The notes: a model not told the origin generated them from the letters alone. A DNA stretch of 64,000 nucleotides from an uncultured Verrucomicrobiae bacterium (GCA_963702845.1 OY969763.1:2304001-2368000); one strand, 5' to 3'; shown: positions 21,372-32,142, numbered from the stretch's first letter. Translations and numbers: made by a program.

Positions 21372-21504
21372 GCCCGAATGGTAGCACGCGTCGAAATACT
21401 TGCAGCACGAAACAAACTCCAACCCTCGAATTCGCTTTTTTCGGTTTCTCTGGAGTTTGGAGTTTGGAGTTTTCATTTTTTTCCACTATTTCTATCCGCA
21501 CCCA

Positions 21505-22617
21505 ATGCAACGGCGTTTGAAAATCATGCACGTGGTTCTGTCACTCGAACCCGGCGGTATGGAAAACGGCGTCGTCAATGTCGCGCGCGGACTCGGCCAA
21601 AACGAATTCGAAATTCACGCCGCCTGCCTCGAACGCGGGGGATCCTTCGTTGAACGACTACCCGATCCGCAAAATGTTTACATCCTCAACAAACAACCCG
21701 GCTTCTCGTGGCGCACCGTTCTCGCGCTCGCCAAAATCATTTCCAAAGTGAAGCCCGACGTCGTTCACACCCACAACCTCGGCCCGCTTATCTATGCGGG
21801 CCTCGCCACCGCCATGGGCACAACGCGCAATATTCTGCACGGCGAACATGGCTTTCCGCACTCCCAACGCACGCCGAAATCCTTGCGCCAACGCCGGTTT
21901 TTCTATCGCGCCTGTAAAAAAGTTCACGCCGTCTCCGCTGGTCTGCGCGATGAACTCATCCAATTCGGGATGCCCGATTATAAAATCGAAACTATTCTAA
22001 ACGGAGTCGATACCGACCGCTTTGCGCCTTACCTATCCAACTTAGCCCGCCGTGAAATCGGCCTCCCTATCGAAGGCCCAGTCATTGGTATGGTGGGCCG
22101 TTTCGATCCACTCAAGTGCCATTTACCGCTGATCGCTGCTTTCGAAGCCTTGTCGCAAAAACTCCTGACCGATCAACTTCTCATCGTCGGCAAAGGCGGT
22201 GAGATCTACGAACAAATCCTCAACCGCGCGAAAACAAGTCCCGTAGCCAACCGCATCCACCTCGTCGGCTTCCAACCCGAACCCAGGCGCTACTACCAAT
22301 CGATGGACCTGCTGGTCGTCCCGTCCTTGAGCGAGGGCCTTTCTAATGTTGTTCTTGAAGCGATGTCCTGTGGTGTGCCCGTGCTTGGCCATACTGCCTG
22401 CGGCAATGCCGAAATCATCAGCAGCGGCAATGACGGGATCCTCGCCAATCTTAAAAATCCTCAGGACCTCGCAACCCAAATCGCCGACGCCTTGTCCAAC
22501 CTTCCGCGCCTGAAACAAATTGGTCAGGCCGCCCGTGCCACGGTGTCGAACCGCTTCAGCATGGCGACCATGGTCACCAACTACGCGACTCTGTACCGCA
22601 GCGTCGCAAACGATTGA
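21505..22617 (+). CDS. Glycosyltransferase family 4
   Basis: GGMENGV, NGVDTDRF, PSLSEGLSNVVLEAMSCGVPV. Start taken at ATG 21505. Confidence 0.92.
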   Translation: MQRRLKIMHVVLSLEPGGMENGVVNVARGLGQNEFEIHAACLERGGSFVERLPDPQNVYILNKQPGFSWRTVLALAKIISKVKPDVVHTHNLGPLIYAGLATAMGTTRNILHGEHGFPHSQRTPKSLRQRRFFYRACKKVHAVSAGLRDELIQFGMPDYKIETILNGVDTDRFAPYLSNLARREIGLPIEGPVIGMVGRFDPLKCHLPLIAAFEALSQKLLTDQLLIVGKGGEIYEQILNRAKTSPVANRIHLVGFQPEPRRYYQSMDLLVVPSLSEGLSNVVLEAMSCGVPVLGHTACGNAEIISSGNDGILANLKNPQDLATQIADALSNLPRLKQIGQAARATVSNRFSMATMVTNYATLYRSVAND

Positions 22618-22746
22618 GCGCCGATCGTTGCCAAAACGAAATACCGAAAGGCTGATTCACCATCCAAATCCTCTTGTGGGATTGGCAAACGTTGGTTAAA
22701 TACAGGTAGCCGATTTCAACCGGAAACATTTCAAAAGAACAGTTTT

Positions 22747-23382
22747 ATGGCATTACGTTTAGGCGATACCGCACCGAATTTCACCGCCGATACCACGGAA
22801 GGTAAGATCGATTTTCACCAATGGCTCGGCAATAGCTGGGGCATTTTGTTTTCCCACCCCAAAGATTACACTCCGGTTTGCACAACCGAACTTGGTGCGG
22901 TGGCGAAGATGAAAAAGGAATTCGACAAACGCAACGTCAAAACGATCGCCGTTAGTGTTGATCCGATTGACTCGCATCATGGCTGGATCTGCGACATCAA
23001 CCAGACGCAAAACACGCAGATGAATTACCCGATCATCGCCGATCCAGACCGCAAAGTCGCCGGACTGTACGACATGATTCATCCGAATGCCGATGACACA
23101 TTCACCGTGCGTTCGGTGTTCATTATTGGACCGGACAAGAAGGTTAAGCTGACCTTGACCTATCCCGCTTCGACAGGCCGCAATTTCGCTGAGCTATTGC
23201 GCGTGATTGACTCACTGCAATTGACCGCGAATCACAAGGTGGCAACTCCTGCCAACTGGCAGCACGGTGAAGACTGCATTATTTCCCCTGCGGTGAAGGA
23301 TGCAGAAATTCCAGCGTTATTCCCGAAAGGTGCACGGCACGTGAAGCCTTATCTTCGCTACACCCCGCAACCAAACACCTAG
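22747..23382 (+). CDS. 1-Cys peroxiredoxin (Prx6 type)
   Basis: FSHPKDYTPVCTTELG, TVRSVF, YPASTGRNF, VATPANW. Confidence 0.95.
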   Translation: MALRLGDTAPNFTADTTEGKIDFHQWLGNSWGILFSHPKDYTPVCTTELGAVAKMKKEFDKRNVKTIAVSVDPIDSHHGWICDINQTQNTQMNYPIIADPDRKVAGLYDMIHPNADDTFTVRSVFIIGPDKKVKLTLTYPASTGRNFAELLRVIDSLQLTANHKVATPANWQHGEDCIISPAVKDAEIPALFPKGARHVKPYLRYTPQPNT

Positions 23383-23526
23383 ACCGCCGCACCCAAATTT
23401 ACTTCTACGTCGGGTGTTAGTGCGAATCCCGAGGCGCCGTTGCATAGTGTCAAATAGGCATATTGCGCAGGAGCATGCACAGGATTCGCTCGTTGTTAAT
23501 AACGCGAAGTCGTCTATCTTCGCGGC

Positions 23527-23985
23527 ATGGACGACCGGGCATTCATTTTGGTGGGTGAGGACCAACCCGATGACGCGTTCCTTTTTGAACACACATTCGC
23601 CGGGCTCGGCATCGTCGACTACTACATCGCCGCAACCGGCGCGGAAATGATTTCTTATCTTGAGGGAAGCGGTCCGTTTTCAGATCGACACACCTTCCCG
23701 GTCCCAGATTGCGTGTTGCTTGATTTAAAAATGCCGCAAGTTGACGGCTTTGAAATTCTGGAATGGATGCGTCATCACGAAGATTATCGGCTGGTCCCGA
23801 CTGTCGTCTTTGCCTCATCCGATGATCCTGCTGACATCCGGCGCGCTTACGAATTAGGCGCCAATAGTTATTTCACCAAATGTCAACAGCTCCAAGACAT
23901 GATCCGCAAGCTCTCGTTGATCGAGGAGTATTGGAGCGAGGCGAGATATCCCAGGCTGAATCGTGCGGGCAAGGTCGTCGCGTAA
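23527..23985 (+). CDS. Single-domain response regulator (Rcp1-like)
   Basis: PDCVLLDLKMP, RAYELGANSY. Confidence 0.9.
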   Translation: MDDRAFILVGEDQPDDAFLFEHTFAGLGIVDYYIAATGAEMISYLEGSGPFSDRHTFPVPDCVLLDLKMPQVDGFEILEWMRHHEDYRLVPTVVFASSDDPADIRRAYELGANSYFTKCQQLQDMIRKLSLIEEYWSEARYPRLNRAGKVVA

Positions 23986-23999
23986 AATGGCGTAGCGAC

Positions 24000-24446
24000 T
24001 CAGTTCCAGATGCGCAGTGCGTGTTTAATCTTATCGAGGTCGCCGGGTCGCTGCGGTTTAGAAATGAAACAGTAAGCGCCGAGTTCGTACGTTTCGGCGA
24101 TTAAACGAAAATCCTGCGAACCAGTGACAATAATTACCGGTGCCTCGGTATGACCTGCCTGTTTTAGCCATTGCATAACTTCAACACCGCCCATTACCGG
24201 CATCTTTAAATCGAGAATGATCAGAGCTGGGTAGGTGGTGCTGCCGAATTTGCCGATACATGGATCGCTCAGTCGGTCAATCAGCATTTGACCGCTTCCG
24301 AGGATGTTGATTGGGTTTAGCAGCTGCCACGATCCGAGCGTCTCGCTCAACATCGTCGCGAAAGCGGAATCGTCATCGACGATCAAAATAGGTCCCCTGC
24401 TATGGACAGAGCCAGTCCCACTGTCGTTGTTCGGCGGATGGGGCAT
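24000..24446 (-). CDS. Single-domain response regulator
   Basis: ILIVDDD, IILDLKMP, FISKP. Confidence 0.88.
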   Translation of the reverse strand: MPHPPNNDSGTGSVHSRGPILIVDDDSAFATMLSETLGSWQLLNPINILGSGQMLIDRLSDPCIGKFGSTTYPALIILDLKMPVMGGVEVMQWLKQAGHTEAPVIIVTGSQDFRLIAETYELGAYCFISKPQRPGDLDKIKHALRIWN

Positions 24447-24497
24447 GCCTTTTTTTATACAACCCGGTGGCCGCTGACAAATGAATTCTTTTTAACT

Positions 24498-24944
24498 TTA
24501 AAGTTTTTCGACGGCGTTCGACTTTTCCAGCAGGCCGTTGAGCTTCTTTGCGTCGCCGAACAGCGTGATCGCGCCACAACGCCGGCACATGTAAGCGGTG
24601 CTCGCAATGTTACTGGCTTTGAGCGTCCAAAACTTCGTCTTCTTCGGTTGGAAATAATTCAAGCCGGTCGAGGAATAAATTCCATCAACTATTTCGTTGC
24701 TGTGACAAATCGGGCAATTATTTCTACTCTCTTCAACGCTACGTTCGCTATGGAACACCTGCATGACAGCGTCCAAATCTTCTCGCCAAAAACGCGTTGA
24801 GTCGCCGACTTTGCGGAACGTAATTTTTTTCTCACGCATCCAGCGGTAGAGCGTCGGTTCGGTCACCTCAAGGTAAGCAGCGGCTTCTTGGATGGAAAAC
24901 CAACGGGGCTGGGAGGCTCCGGAAGATGAATGTTCGTCGCTCAT
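24498..24944 (-). CDS. Excisionase/BldC-like HTH protein fused to a zinc ribbon
   Basis: WFSIQEAAAYLEVTEPTLYRW...KVGDSTRF (HTH_17 pattern), then CPIC...CRRC. Confidence 0.85.
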   Translation of the reverse strand: MSDEHSSSGASQPRWFSIQEAAAYLEVTEPTLYRWMREKKITFRKVGDSTRFWREDLDAVMQVFHSERSVEESRNNCPICHSNEIVDGIYSSTGLNYFQPKKTKFWTLKASNIASTAYMCRRCGAITLFGDAKKLNGLLEKSNAVEKL

Positions 24945-25008
24945 AGGCTGAATAGCTCCTAACACTAAAAACAACTCAGTGCAAGTTTATGCTTGTCAAA
25001 CACGGAGG

Positions 25009-25038
25009 AATGATAGTAAATGATAGTCAATGAAAGGA
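25009..25038. promoter_or_regulatory. Three 10-bp direct repeats; candidate operator
   Basis: AATGATAGTA AATGATAGTC AATGAAAGGA in the divergent intergenic region, overlapping the RBS of 25049. Confidence 0.6.
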
Positions 25039-25048
25039 GATAGCAACC

Positions 25049-26728
25049 ATGCAAAACCCGGAACCTATTCCACCACTCGTTGATCAAGTCCCTGATCGGT
25101 CCAAGACCGATTTCGCGCGGATTGTTCGTTACCTACTTGCGGGCAATCCGTTTTTTGTTTTGAGTGCCGTCCCTTTACTCTACGCCATGCGTCGACTCTC
25201 ATTCGATGCGCGTTTGTTTTCCACGGAGTTATCACAACTCATTTTTAATTTCAGTTCCTTTCAAGTTTACGAAGTCGTCCTTATCGGCACTGCCATCCTT
25301 CTTGCCCGCCGTAAAATCTGGTACGATTCCACCCTGCTCGTTTTCATAGAAAGCATGTTCGCTTTCGTGCCGTTGATGTTGGTCAGTCAGGCGCTTCTCG
25401 TCGAAAATCCCATTGCGTCAATCCTCTGCCTGACTGGTGCGGCACTATTTGTATTCCGAACAGGAGCGCTCACCCGGTCCATCCGCCCGTTGAACTTTCC
25501 ACCACGACTTTTGATCGTGGCCGGAGTTCTGTTGCTGGTGAATGTCGGTGCTCCAGTGCTAACCCGCCATTTACATCGCGAACTGACATCGGCGAAATGG
25601 GACGATATCGCAATGCGATTGGCGAACGTCGAATGGTTCGTAGTTGCACCGGCGCTCGTCCTATTTGCGCTCTTGCTGCCTCGTCGATCGAAAGATTCGC
25701 CAGCGTATTTTTCGCGAACGGAATTTCCGTTACTCACGCTGCTGATTTGGACCGCGGGCACAGCGGTACACTTCTACTGCATCAATTACGTCTATGCTCT
25801 TCCGCGTGGTGAACTGCGTTTTTCGTTAACAATTCCAACCATATGGACTGCGTGCTGGGTGTTCTGGGCGCGCGCGGCAGATGTGAAATGGTCTTCTGAA
25901 AAGGTTGTCGAATTTTATGAACGCGCCTTGCTGGTAGCGTCCACTGTTGCGTTGCTCGTTCCGGCTATGTCTGGCGATCGCGGAATTCTCCTAACGTTAG
26001 GGGCGATGAACGTCGCGCTGTTCTCCGTCCTCAGCTTCAAATCGAAAAATTGGTTCAATCTCCTCTTACTCGCTGTCAGCGGCGCAGCGACGTTTTCAGC
26101 GGTGCGTTTTGGCGCGATAACTTCACCCGTGTCGGGCAGCGAAATACACATCGGGCAGACCTTGTTTGTTGCGATTGGCGCGTTTCTGCTATTGCGTGCG
26201 GCCGTCTCGCGCGATCCGCGTTATGGATTCCTCGGCGCCCTGATTGCAACGGCGGCAACCGCGTTCTTTTATCATCGGTTCGAAAATATCTTCGATTTTG
26301 CGCAAGTCGGCCTGACGTTCGTCGTCCTGCATAGCATCCGTTGGAACGATAAATTAGACCCGCACTCAAAGCAGGCGCGTGTTTTGGTTGTGCTCGCTTG
26401 GTTGGGGAACTGCTTTGGCTGGCTCGCCTGCGATGGCAGCACGTCATTCTGGGGTGTCTTCGTTTCAGGCGTTATCGTGTTTGTTGCCGGTCTGGCGATG
26501 CGTTGGATATGCGGATATTGGGCGCATCGACTCATCCCATTCGCGGCGCTAACAGCAATGGTAATGCCGCCGGGATTTAAAGCTGCGGAGATGCTAATGC
26601 GTGCGCCAGTTGGACTTATGATTCTTTTGGCCAGCTTTGTGCTGTTCGCAATCGGAATAATGACAGCATTAACGCGCTCCCGGTGGCTGGCGCAAGCCGC
26701 TAACCGTCGAGCTGTACAAAACTTATGA
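25049..26728 (+). CDS. Polytopic membrane protein, unknown function
   Basis: 559 aa, many hydrophobic helices, overlaps the moxR start. Confidence 0.8.
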   Translation: MQNPEPIPPLVDQVPDRSKTDFARIVRYLLAGNPFFVLSAVPLLYAMRRLSFDARLFSTELSQLIFNFSSFQVYEVVLIGTAILLARRKIWYDSTLLVFIESMFAFVPLMLVSQALLVENPIASILCLTGAALFVFRTGALTRSIRPLNFPPRLLIVAGVLLLVNVGAPVLTRHLHRELTSAKWDDIAMRLANVEWFVVAPALVLFALLLPRRSKDSPAYFSRTEFPLLTLLIWTAGTAVHFYCINYVYALPRGELRFSLTIPTIWTACWVFWARAADVKWSSEKVVEFYERALLVASTVALLVPAMSGDRGILLTLGAMNVALFSVLSFKSKNWFNLLLLAVSGAATFSAVRFGAITSPVSGSEIHIGQTLFVAIGAFLLLRAAVSRDPRYGFLGALIATAATAFFYHRFENIFDFAQVGLTFVVLHSIRWNDKLDPHSKQARVLVVLAWLGNCFGWLACDGSTSFWGVFVSGVIVFVAGLAMRWICGYWAHRLIPFAALTAMVMPPGFKAAEMLMRAPVGLMILLASFVLFAIGIMTALTRSRWLAQAANRRAVQNL

Positions 26729-27765
26729 TTGCACAACCTCTTGAGCACGAGGGTAAACGGGTTTTCCTCGACGAACCCGCTCCGTCTGCGGCACAGTTAG
26801 GTGCTGCGCCAAACATAATGCAATCAAGCGAGTCAAATCCACGGGATACGTATCACAAAATCGCAGCCACGGTCCAACAGGTGATGCGTGGGCACAAAAA
26901 TCCCGTGCGACATCTCCTGGCCGCACTGGCCAGCGGTGGCCATGTCCTTTTGGAAGATTATCCAGGCACGGGAAAAACGACTTTGGCTAAAGCTCTCGCT
27001 CGTGCGGTTGACGCCGACTTCAAACGCATTCAATTCACGCCCGACTTGTTGCCTTCCGATATTTTAGGTGTTTCGGTTTTCAATCAACGTTCGCAGAACT
27101 TTTCGTTTCACGAAGGCCCGGTCTTCACCAACATCCTACTGGCTGACGAAATTAACCGCGCTTCGCCGCGCACCCAATCGGCGTTGCTCGAAGCCATGGG
27201 CGAAAGTCAGGTCAGCGTTGAAGGCATGCGCCGCAGTTTGCCACAATTGTTCTTCGTTATCGCCACGCAAAACCCGATTGAATTTCGCGGCACGTATCCG
27301 CTGCCCGAGGCGCAGATGGATCGCTTTGCGATGCAATTCAGTTTGGGTTACGTAAGTGCTGAAGACGAAGTCGCGGTGTTGAGCGCACAATTGCACAATC
27401 ACCCGCTCGACAGCATCGAGCCCTGCGTGCGCCTCGACGACATGATGCAGTTGCGCCAGGCAGTGCAACGTGTTCGCGTGAGCGAAGAACTGAAGCATTA
27501 CATTGTTAAACTTGTCACCAGCACGCGCACCGCACCGGGGGTCCAACTTGGCGCCAGCGCACGCGCGTCCATCGCCTTAATGAAAATCGCCCAGGCACTC
27601 GCGTTGTTCGACAACGAAGAATTTGTCAGTCCCGAGCACATCCACGAAATTGCAGCGCAGGTCATCGCCCATCGCCTCGTGCTCGATCCACAAGCAAAGT
27701 TTTCCGGAGCAAGCGCGCGTCAGGTCGTCGAGGATGTTTTAAAACGCGTGCCGGTTCCGGCGTAA
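26725..27765 (+). CDS. moxR: MoxR family AAA+ ATPase
   Basis: GHVLLEDYPGTGKT, RIQFTPDLLPSD, LADEINRA, ATQNP, PLPEAQMDRF. Confidence 0.95.
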   Translation: MIAQPLEHEGKRVFLDEPAPSAAQLGAAPNIMQSSESNPRDTYHKIAATVQQVMRGHKNPVRHLLAALASGGHVLLEDYPGTGKTTLAKALARAVDADFKRIQFTPDLLPSDILGVSVFNQRSQNFSFHEGPVFTNILLADEINRASPRTQSALLEAMGESQVSVEGMRRSLPQLFFVIATQNPIEFRGTYPLPEAQMDRFAMQFSLGYVSAEDEVAVLSAQLHNHPLDSIEPCVRLDDMMQLRQAVQRVRVSEELKHYIVKLVTSTRTAPGVQLGASARASIALMKIAQALALFDNEEFVSPEHIHEIAAQVIAHRLVLDPQAKFSGASARQVVEDVLKRVPVPA

Positions 27766-27769
27766 TCCA

Positions 27770-29146
27770 ATGCTCGAGCGGTATCATTATTATAACTACC
27801 GCGCGTTCTCGTCTCTCAAGCCGCGCATCACCCGGCGCATCACGATCGTCGGCTGGATGATTGGTGGCGCGTTTCTGGCCACGGGTTCGATGGGCATCGA
27901 CACCTCGAATTCCCTTTCCTACCAGACGTTCGCATTGCTCGGGTGTGTTCTTATGGCCGCCCTGGTTGGCACGCGCGGGCGTCGGCTTAAATTATCGGTG
28001 GAACGGACGTTGCCAAAGTTTGGTTCTGTCGGACGTCGCCTCACTTACGAAGTAACGGTGCATAATCACTCGCGGCATACCGCGCGTGGGCTCAAATTTT
28101 ACGAACAATTGCCCGCCCCGTATCCGAGCTTCGAAGAATTCGCTTTGTCGCGCGAACCTCATGAACACACGCGCAATTGGTTCGATCGCTCCCATCGATA
28201 TTATCGGTGGCGCTGGCTGCTGACACGAAACGTCCGGGTCGGCGCACGAGAACGAACATTGCCCGACATTCCGGCAAACCAATCTCGAACGATTCAAGCC
28301 GACATGATTCCACTCCGTCGCGGCGTTTTGCGACTCGAAGGAAGCATGATCGCCCGGATGGATCCGTTCGGCCTGTTCCGCTCGTTGCATCCTGTGACAG
28401 CGGCTGAGAACATTTTAATTTTGCCGAAGCTCTACACCATGCCGCCCTTCGAACTGCCCGGATCGACGCGCTATCAACAAGGCGGAGTTTCATTGGCGTC
28501 GTCAGTTGGTGAATCGGAAGAATTTGTTTCCTTGCGCGAATACCGGCCCGGCGATCCGCTGCGCAAAATGCATTGGAAAAGCTTCGCCAAAGTCGGCAAA
28601 CCGATCGTCAAAGAATTCCAGGACGAGTTTTTTGTGCGCCACGCCATGATTCTCGACACCTTCGGCGACGCACTGCACACCGATATTTTCGAGCAAGCGG
28701 TCTCCGTCGCTGCGTCGCTGGCATTCAACATGCAGAACCACGACTCGTTGCTTGATCTGATGTTCGTTGGTCCGCAAGCCTACTGTTTCACGACTGGTCG
28801 CGGCCTCGCACACATGCAGCAGATGCTGGAGATTCTCGCCTCGGTGCAACTCTGTCTCGATAAAAAATTCGAAGTGCTCGAACAAAGCGTCCTCGACCAC
28901 TGCAGCCAGGTCAGCGGTGCAATTTGCATTTTTGTACAATGGGATGAAGCCAGGAAACGCCTTGTGCGGATTTTGAACTCCCGCGGAATTCCCCTGCGCG
29001 TCTTCGTCATTACTGATGGCGACGTAAAACTCGATCCCGGTCCGCTAGCGCACGAACCGACCAGTTTCCGCGTGTTGCCGGTGGGCAAAATTGGTGAGCG
29101 CCTCAACCAACCGGTGCCAAAAGTTCAAATGGAGAGTGCGGCATGA
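27770..29146 (+). CDS. DUF58 domain protein
   Basis: LREYRPGDPLRKMHWKSFAK; follows moxR. Confidence 0.92.
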   Translation: MLERYHYYNYRAFSSLKPRITRRITIVGWMIGGAFLATGSMGIDTSNSLSYQTFALLGCVLMAALVGTRGRRLKLSVERTLPKFGSVGRRLTYEVTVHNHSRHTARGLKFYEQLPAPYPSFEEFALSREPHEHTRNWFDRSHRYYRWRWLLTRNVRVGARERTLPDIPANQSRTIQADMIPLRRGVLRLEGSMIARMDPFGLFRSLHPVTAAENILILPKLYTMPPFELPGSTRYQQGGVSLASSVGESEEFVSLREYRPGDPLRKMHWKSFAKVGKPIVKEFQDEFFVRHAMILDTFGDALHTDIFEQAVSVAASLAFNMQNHDSLLDLMFVGPQAYCFTTGRGLAHMQQMLEILASVQLCLDKKFEVLEQSVLDHCSQVSGAICIFVQWDEARKRLVRILNSRGIPLRVFVITDGDVKLDPGPLAHEPTSFRVLPVGKIGERLNQPVPKVQMESAA

Positions 29147-31170
29147 AGTTTCCGCGTTTTCTGCTCGGTCTCGCCCTGCTCTTTTGGGGATACCAGACGC
29201 ACACGCTTGTCGCAGCCATTCCGATCGCCCTCGCGCTCGAGTTCCCGCAATTTATCCGGGCGCGCTGGGAGTTTTCCGATACTGATTTGAACCGAATCTG
29301 GGACTTATGCGCAGTGCTCGTGGTGGCCATGGGCATCATCGTGGCCACGACAAACGATGCCGCGCGCGCCAGTTTTCAATTTGTCGAATACCTTCCATTT
29401 GCGTTCGTGCCGATTGTAGCCGCCCAACGGTATGGGACACAGGAAACTTTGAAATGGAGTGTATTCTCGTGGTTTCTGCGACGGCAACCGAACACGTCGA
29501 CGGCACGCCGTCGCGCGGATGTGAACTGGGTTTACTTCGCTACTTGCCTGTTCGCAGCCAGCGCAGCGCATGACCCAAACCCATTGTTCTATCCGGGTAT
29601 GTGCCTGCTCATCTCTTACGCACTGTTTTCGATTAGGCCGGGACGGGTGCGACTGGCCCCATGGCTGTCGTTGGTTGTGGCGATTACGGTGATGGGTTTT
29701 TTTGCGCATCAGGGGCTCTTCACGCTCCAGAGTAAGGTTCAAAATATTTTCGACGAGCTCATTGCGGATTTTCTCAAGCGCGAACCTGACCATCGCGAAA
29801 GCCGCACCTCGATTGGCAAAACCGGTCGCGTCAAACTTTCCGGGCAGATCGTCATGCGCGTGCATCCAGAGGGCTCGCCCTTGCCGCCGTCGCTCTTGCG
29901 GGAATCAACCTACGACACTTATGCGAAAGGCGTCTGGCGCGGTGTCGACAGTGAATTTAATCAGGTGTTTATTGGCGGTGACGAAGCTGCGGAATTGCTT
30001 CCCAAAAAGCAGATTAAATATTCGGTCCGCATCGCACGCAATTTGTCCTCGCGGGTTGCCCCGCTCGTGTTGCCGCATGGTGCGTTTGGATTACATGACA
30101 TCGGAACCTTCTTAAGCATTAAAACGAATAGGCTGGGCTATGCGCGTTGTGAATCCGCAGCCAGTTTCGTCAATTATCTCGCAGACTATGGCCCCGGGGC
30201 GACCTTCGATGCACCGCCGACTGCGGTTGATACGAACGTCCCGCCATCGGAAGAAGCCGTTTTCGAAAAATACGCAAACGAACTAAATGTCGGGCATATG
30301 CCTGCCGTCGAAAAAATGCAGGCAGTCGTCGATTATTTCCGGCAAAACTTTAAATACTCCACCGAACTACGGGCGCAGAGCTCATCGAAACACACCGCGC
30401 TGGAATCGTTCATGGGCACCGTCCGTGCGGGCCATTGCGAATATTTCGCGACATCAGCCACGCTCTTGTTGCGCAAATTGGGCGTTCCTACGCGCTACGT
30501 CACCGGGTATTCCGTCCAGCCATCCTCAACAAGTGGCGACACGTTTCTCGTGCGAGCACGACACGCCCACGCCTGGGCCGTCGCTTATGACAGCGACAGA
30601 AAACTCTGGCTGGAGGTCGACGCCACTCCTCCGAATTGGAGTGAGACCGTCTCCGCCGAGGCGTCATTCTGGGAACCGATCTCGGACCTCTTTTCGAACC
30701 TGTACTTCCAATACTCCAAATGGCGCTGGAGCAAAGTTTCCTATACGAGGTATCTACCAGGTTTGCTCGTGCCATTAATCGGAATCCTTGTTTGGCGAAT
30801 CGTCCGGCAAAAGACCAGTAAACGCACTGTTGCCGCTGATGCAGTCGCCGAACAACACGACTGGCCCGGCCTGGATTCGGAATTTTTTACGCTCGAAAAA
30901 AAGTTGCATGAGGCGGGTCTCGGCCGTCTCGAAAGTGAACCCCTGCTCCACTGGCGCGAGCGTCTGCGCCAACAACTGCCGGAAGCCATCACCCTTGATC
31001 GAACGTTAAATCTCCACCGCCGCCTGCGCTTCGATCCCAACGGCCTCAACGCGCAGGAGCGCGGCGACCTTCGTAACGAAGTCGCACAATTACTGGCCGC
31101 GTTCGAAACCATGCGTCACGCGCGTCAGGACACAAAAGAGACAAAAATCGCTAACGGTTTTCACCGGTAG
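29143..31170 (+). CDS. Membrane-bound transglutaminase-like protein
   Basis: N-terminal TM region, GHCEYFAT, GVPTRYVTGY, HAHAWA, EVDATP catalytic triad. Confidence 0.92.
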   Translation: MKFPRFLLGLALLFWGYQTHTLVAAIPIALALEFPQFIRARWEFSDTDLNRIWDLCAVLVVAMGIIVATTNDAARASFQFVEYLPFAFVPIVAAQRYGTQETLKWSVFSWFLRRQPNTSTARRRADVNWVYFATCLFAASAAHDPNPLFYPGMCLLISYALFSIRPGRVRLAPWLSLVVAITVMGFFAHQGLFTLQSKVQNIFDELIADFLKREPDHRESRTSIGKTGRVKLSGQIVMRVHPEGSPLPPSLLRESTYDTYAKGVWRGVDSEFNQVFIGGDEAAELLPKKQIKYSVRIARNLSSRVAPLVLPHGAFGLHDIGTFLSIKTNRLGYARCESAASFVNYLADYGPGATFDAPPTAVDTNVPPSEEAVFEKYANELNVGHMPAVEKMQAVVDYFRQNFKYSTELRAQSSSKHTALESFMGTVRAGHCEYFATSATLLLRKLGVPTRYVTGYSVQPSSTSGDTFLVRARHAHAWAVAYDSDRKLWLEVDATPPNWSETVSAEASFWEPISDLFSNLYFQYSKWRWSKVSYTRYLPGLLVPLIGILVWRIVRQKTSKRTVAADAVAEQHDWPGLDSEFFTLEKKLHEAGLGRLESEPLLHWRERLRQQLPEAITLDRTLNLHRRLRFDPNGLNAQERGDLRNEVAQLLAAFETMRHARQDTKETKIANGFHR

Positions 31171-31533
31171 CGATGGTTGCGGATCTCACCGATGTCGACC
31201 TAGGGGGGACGACGACCGCGGTTTGAAATTTTGGGGCGAAAAACTACTTCTTCAGCCAAACACGCAAACCGGCCAGGCCGGCAAATGCGCATCCGAGCAA
31301 TCCCACAGTGCTGGCGGAATCCGGAACGTGGACAGGGGTGGCAAAAGCGCTCGTGCTTAGGATTGCGAGAGCGCCGACGGCGAATAAGAGGTGTTTCATT
31401 AAATTATCCTTAACCATTTTTTATGCCACACCATCAAAATAAAACCACCGCTGAGGTCAAGATGCTGAACGTCAAAATTTTACAATCGAACCCAGTTGAC
31501 GTCAATCAACTGACCATCTGTAAAATCAGCCTG

Positions 31534-32142
31534 TCAAATGTAAGCTTTGTTTACAGAATGTTTGGCTCTACGAATATAGAACAAGGCGGCAATCAATCCA
31601 CACAACCCGCCGGCATAGCTGCCATTGTGAATGTAAGCGACCCGCACGAACGAGGGAAGCTCCACCTCCACAATCCTTAATTCGTAAGCAACCGGCAGCC
31701 ACGAACTATAATCGCCTCCGTGAAAAACACCGAAAGCGTAACCGCAGGCAGTGCCGACTATCGCAATCACAAACGTGATCGTAAAAGCGACAGCACAATG
31801 CCGCACTAACTTGGTCGCATCAAAACCGGGCACAGCCAATCGCGCGATAAACCAACCCGCAAACAGACCAACCCACCACGTCGCCAGAAAGCCGATCTCC
31901 GCCACATAAACACGACGTGGAAAACCAAAATCCGCATAGTGAAACTGCTGGAATTTCAGATTTGTGAAGTACTCCCGAGAAATGTTGTAAGTAAATTGGT
32001 CGTGAACGATTCCATAGATCCCAGCGATCAGCGCACCAACGCCGGCGCAAGCGAGCATCTTCGGAAGCAGCGCCAGCGGAAACTTAGGATAAAAAATGTT
32101 CTTCATCACTTCCCTAGCTCCTAACGTCTCCCTATTGTCCAA
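31534..32142 (-). CDS. Hypothetical membrane protein
   Basis: About 4 TM helices, YGIVHDQFTYNISREYF and YIHNGSY motifs; start could be 32106. Confidence 0.75.
   Translation of the reverse strand: MDNRETLGAREVMKNIFYPKFPLALLPKMLACAGVGALIAGIYGIVHDQFTYNISREYFTNLKFQQFHYADFGFPRRVYVAEIGFLATWWVGLFAGWFIARLAVPGFDATKLVRHCAVAFTITFVIAIVGTACGYAFGVFHGGDYSSWLPVAYELRIVEVELPSFVRVAYIHNGSYAGGLCGLIAALFYIRRAKHSVNKAYI

Noticed and set aside
24498..24944. Excisionase marking an integrated element
   Set aside because: No integrase or att repeats nearby; the context fits a transcription regulator.
31171..31533. Possible RNA gene or att site in this gap
   Set aside because: No tRNA arms or recognisable motif; only a weak palindrome near 31493-31514.
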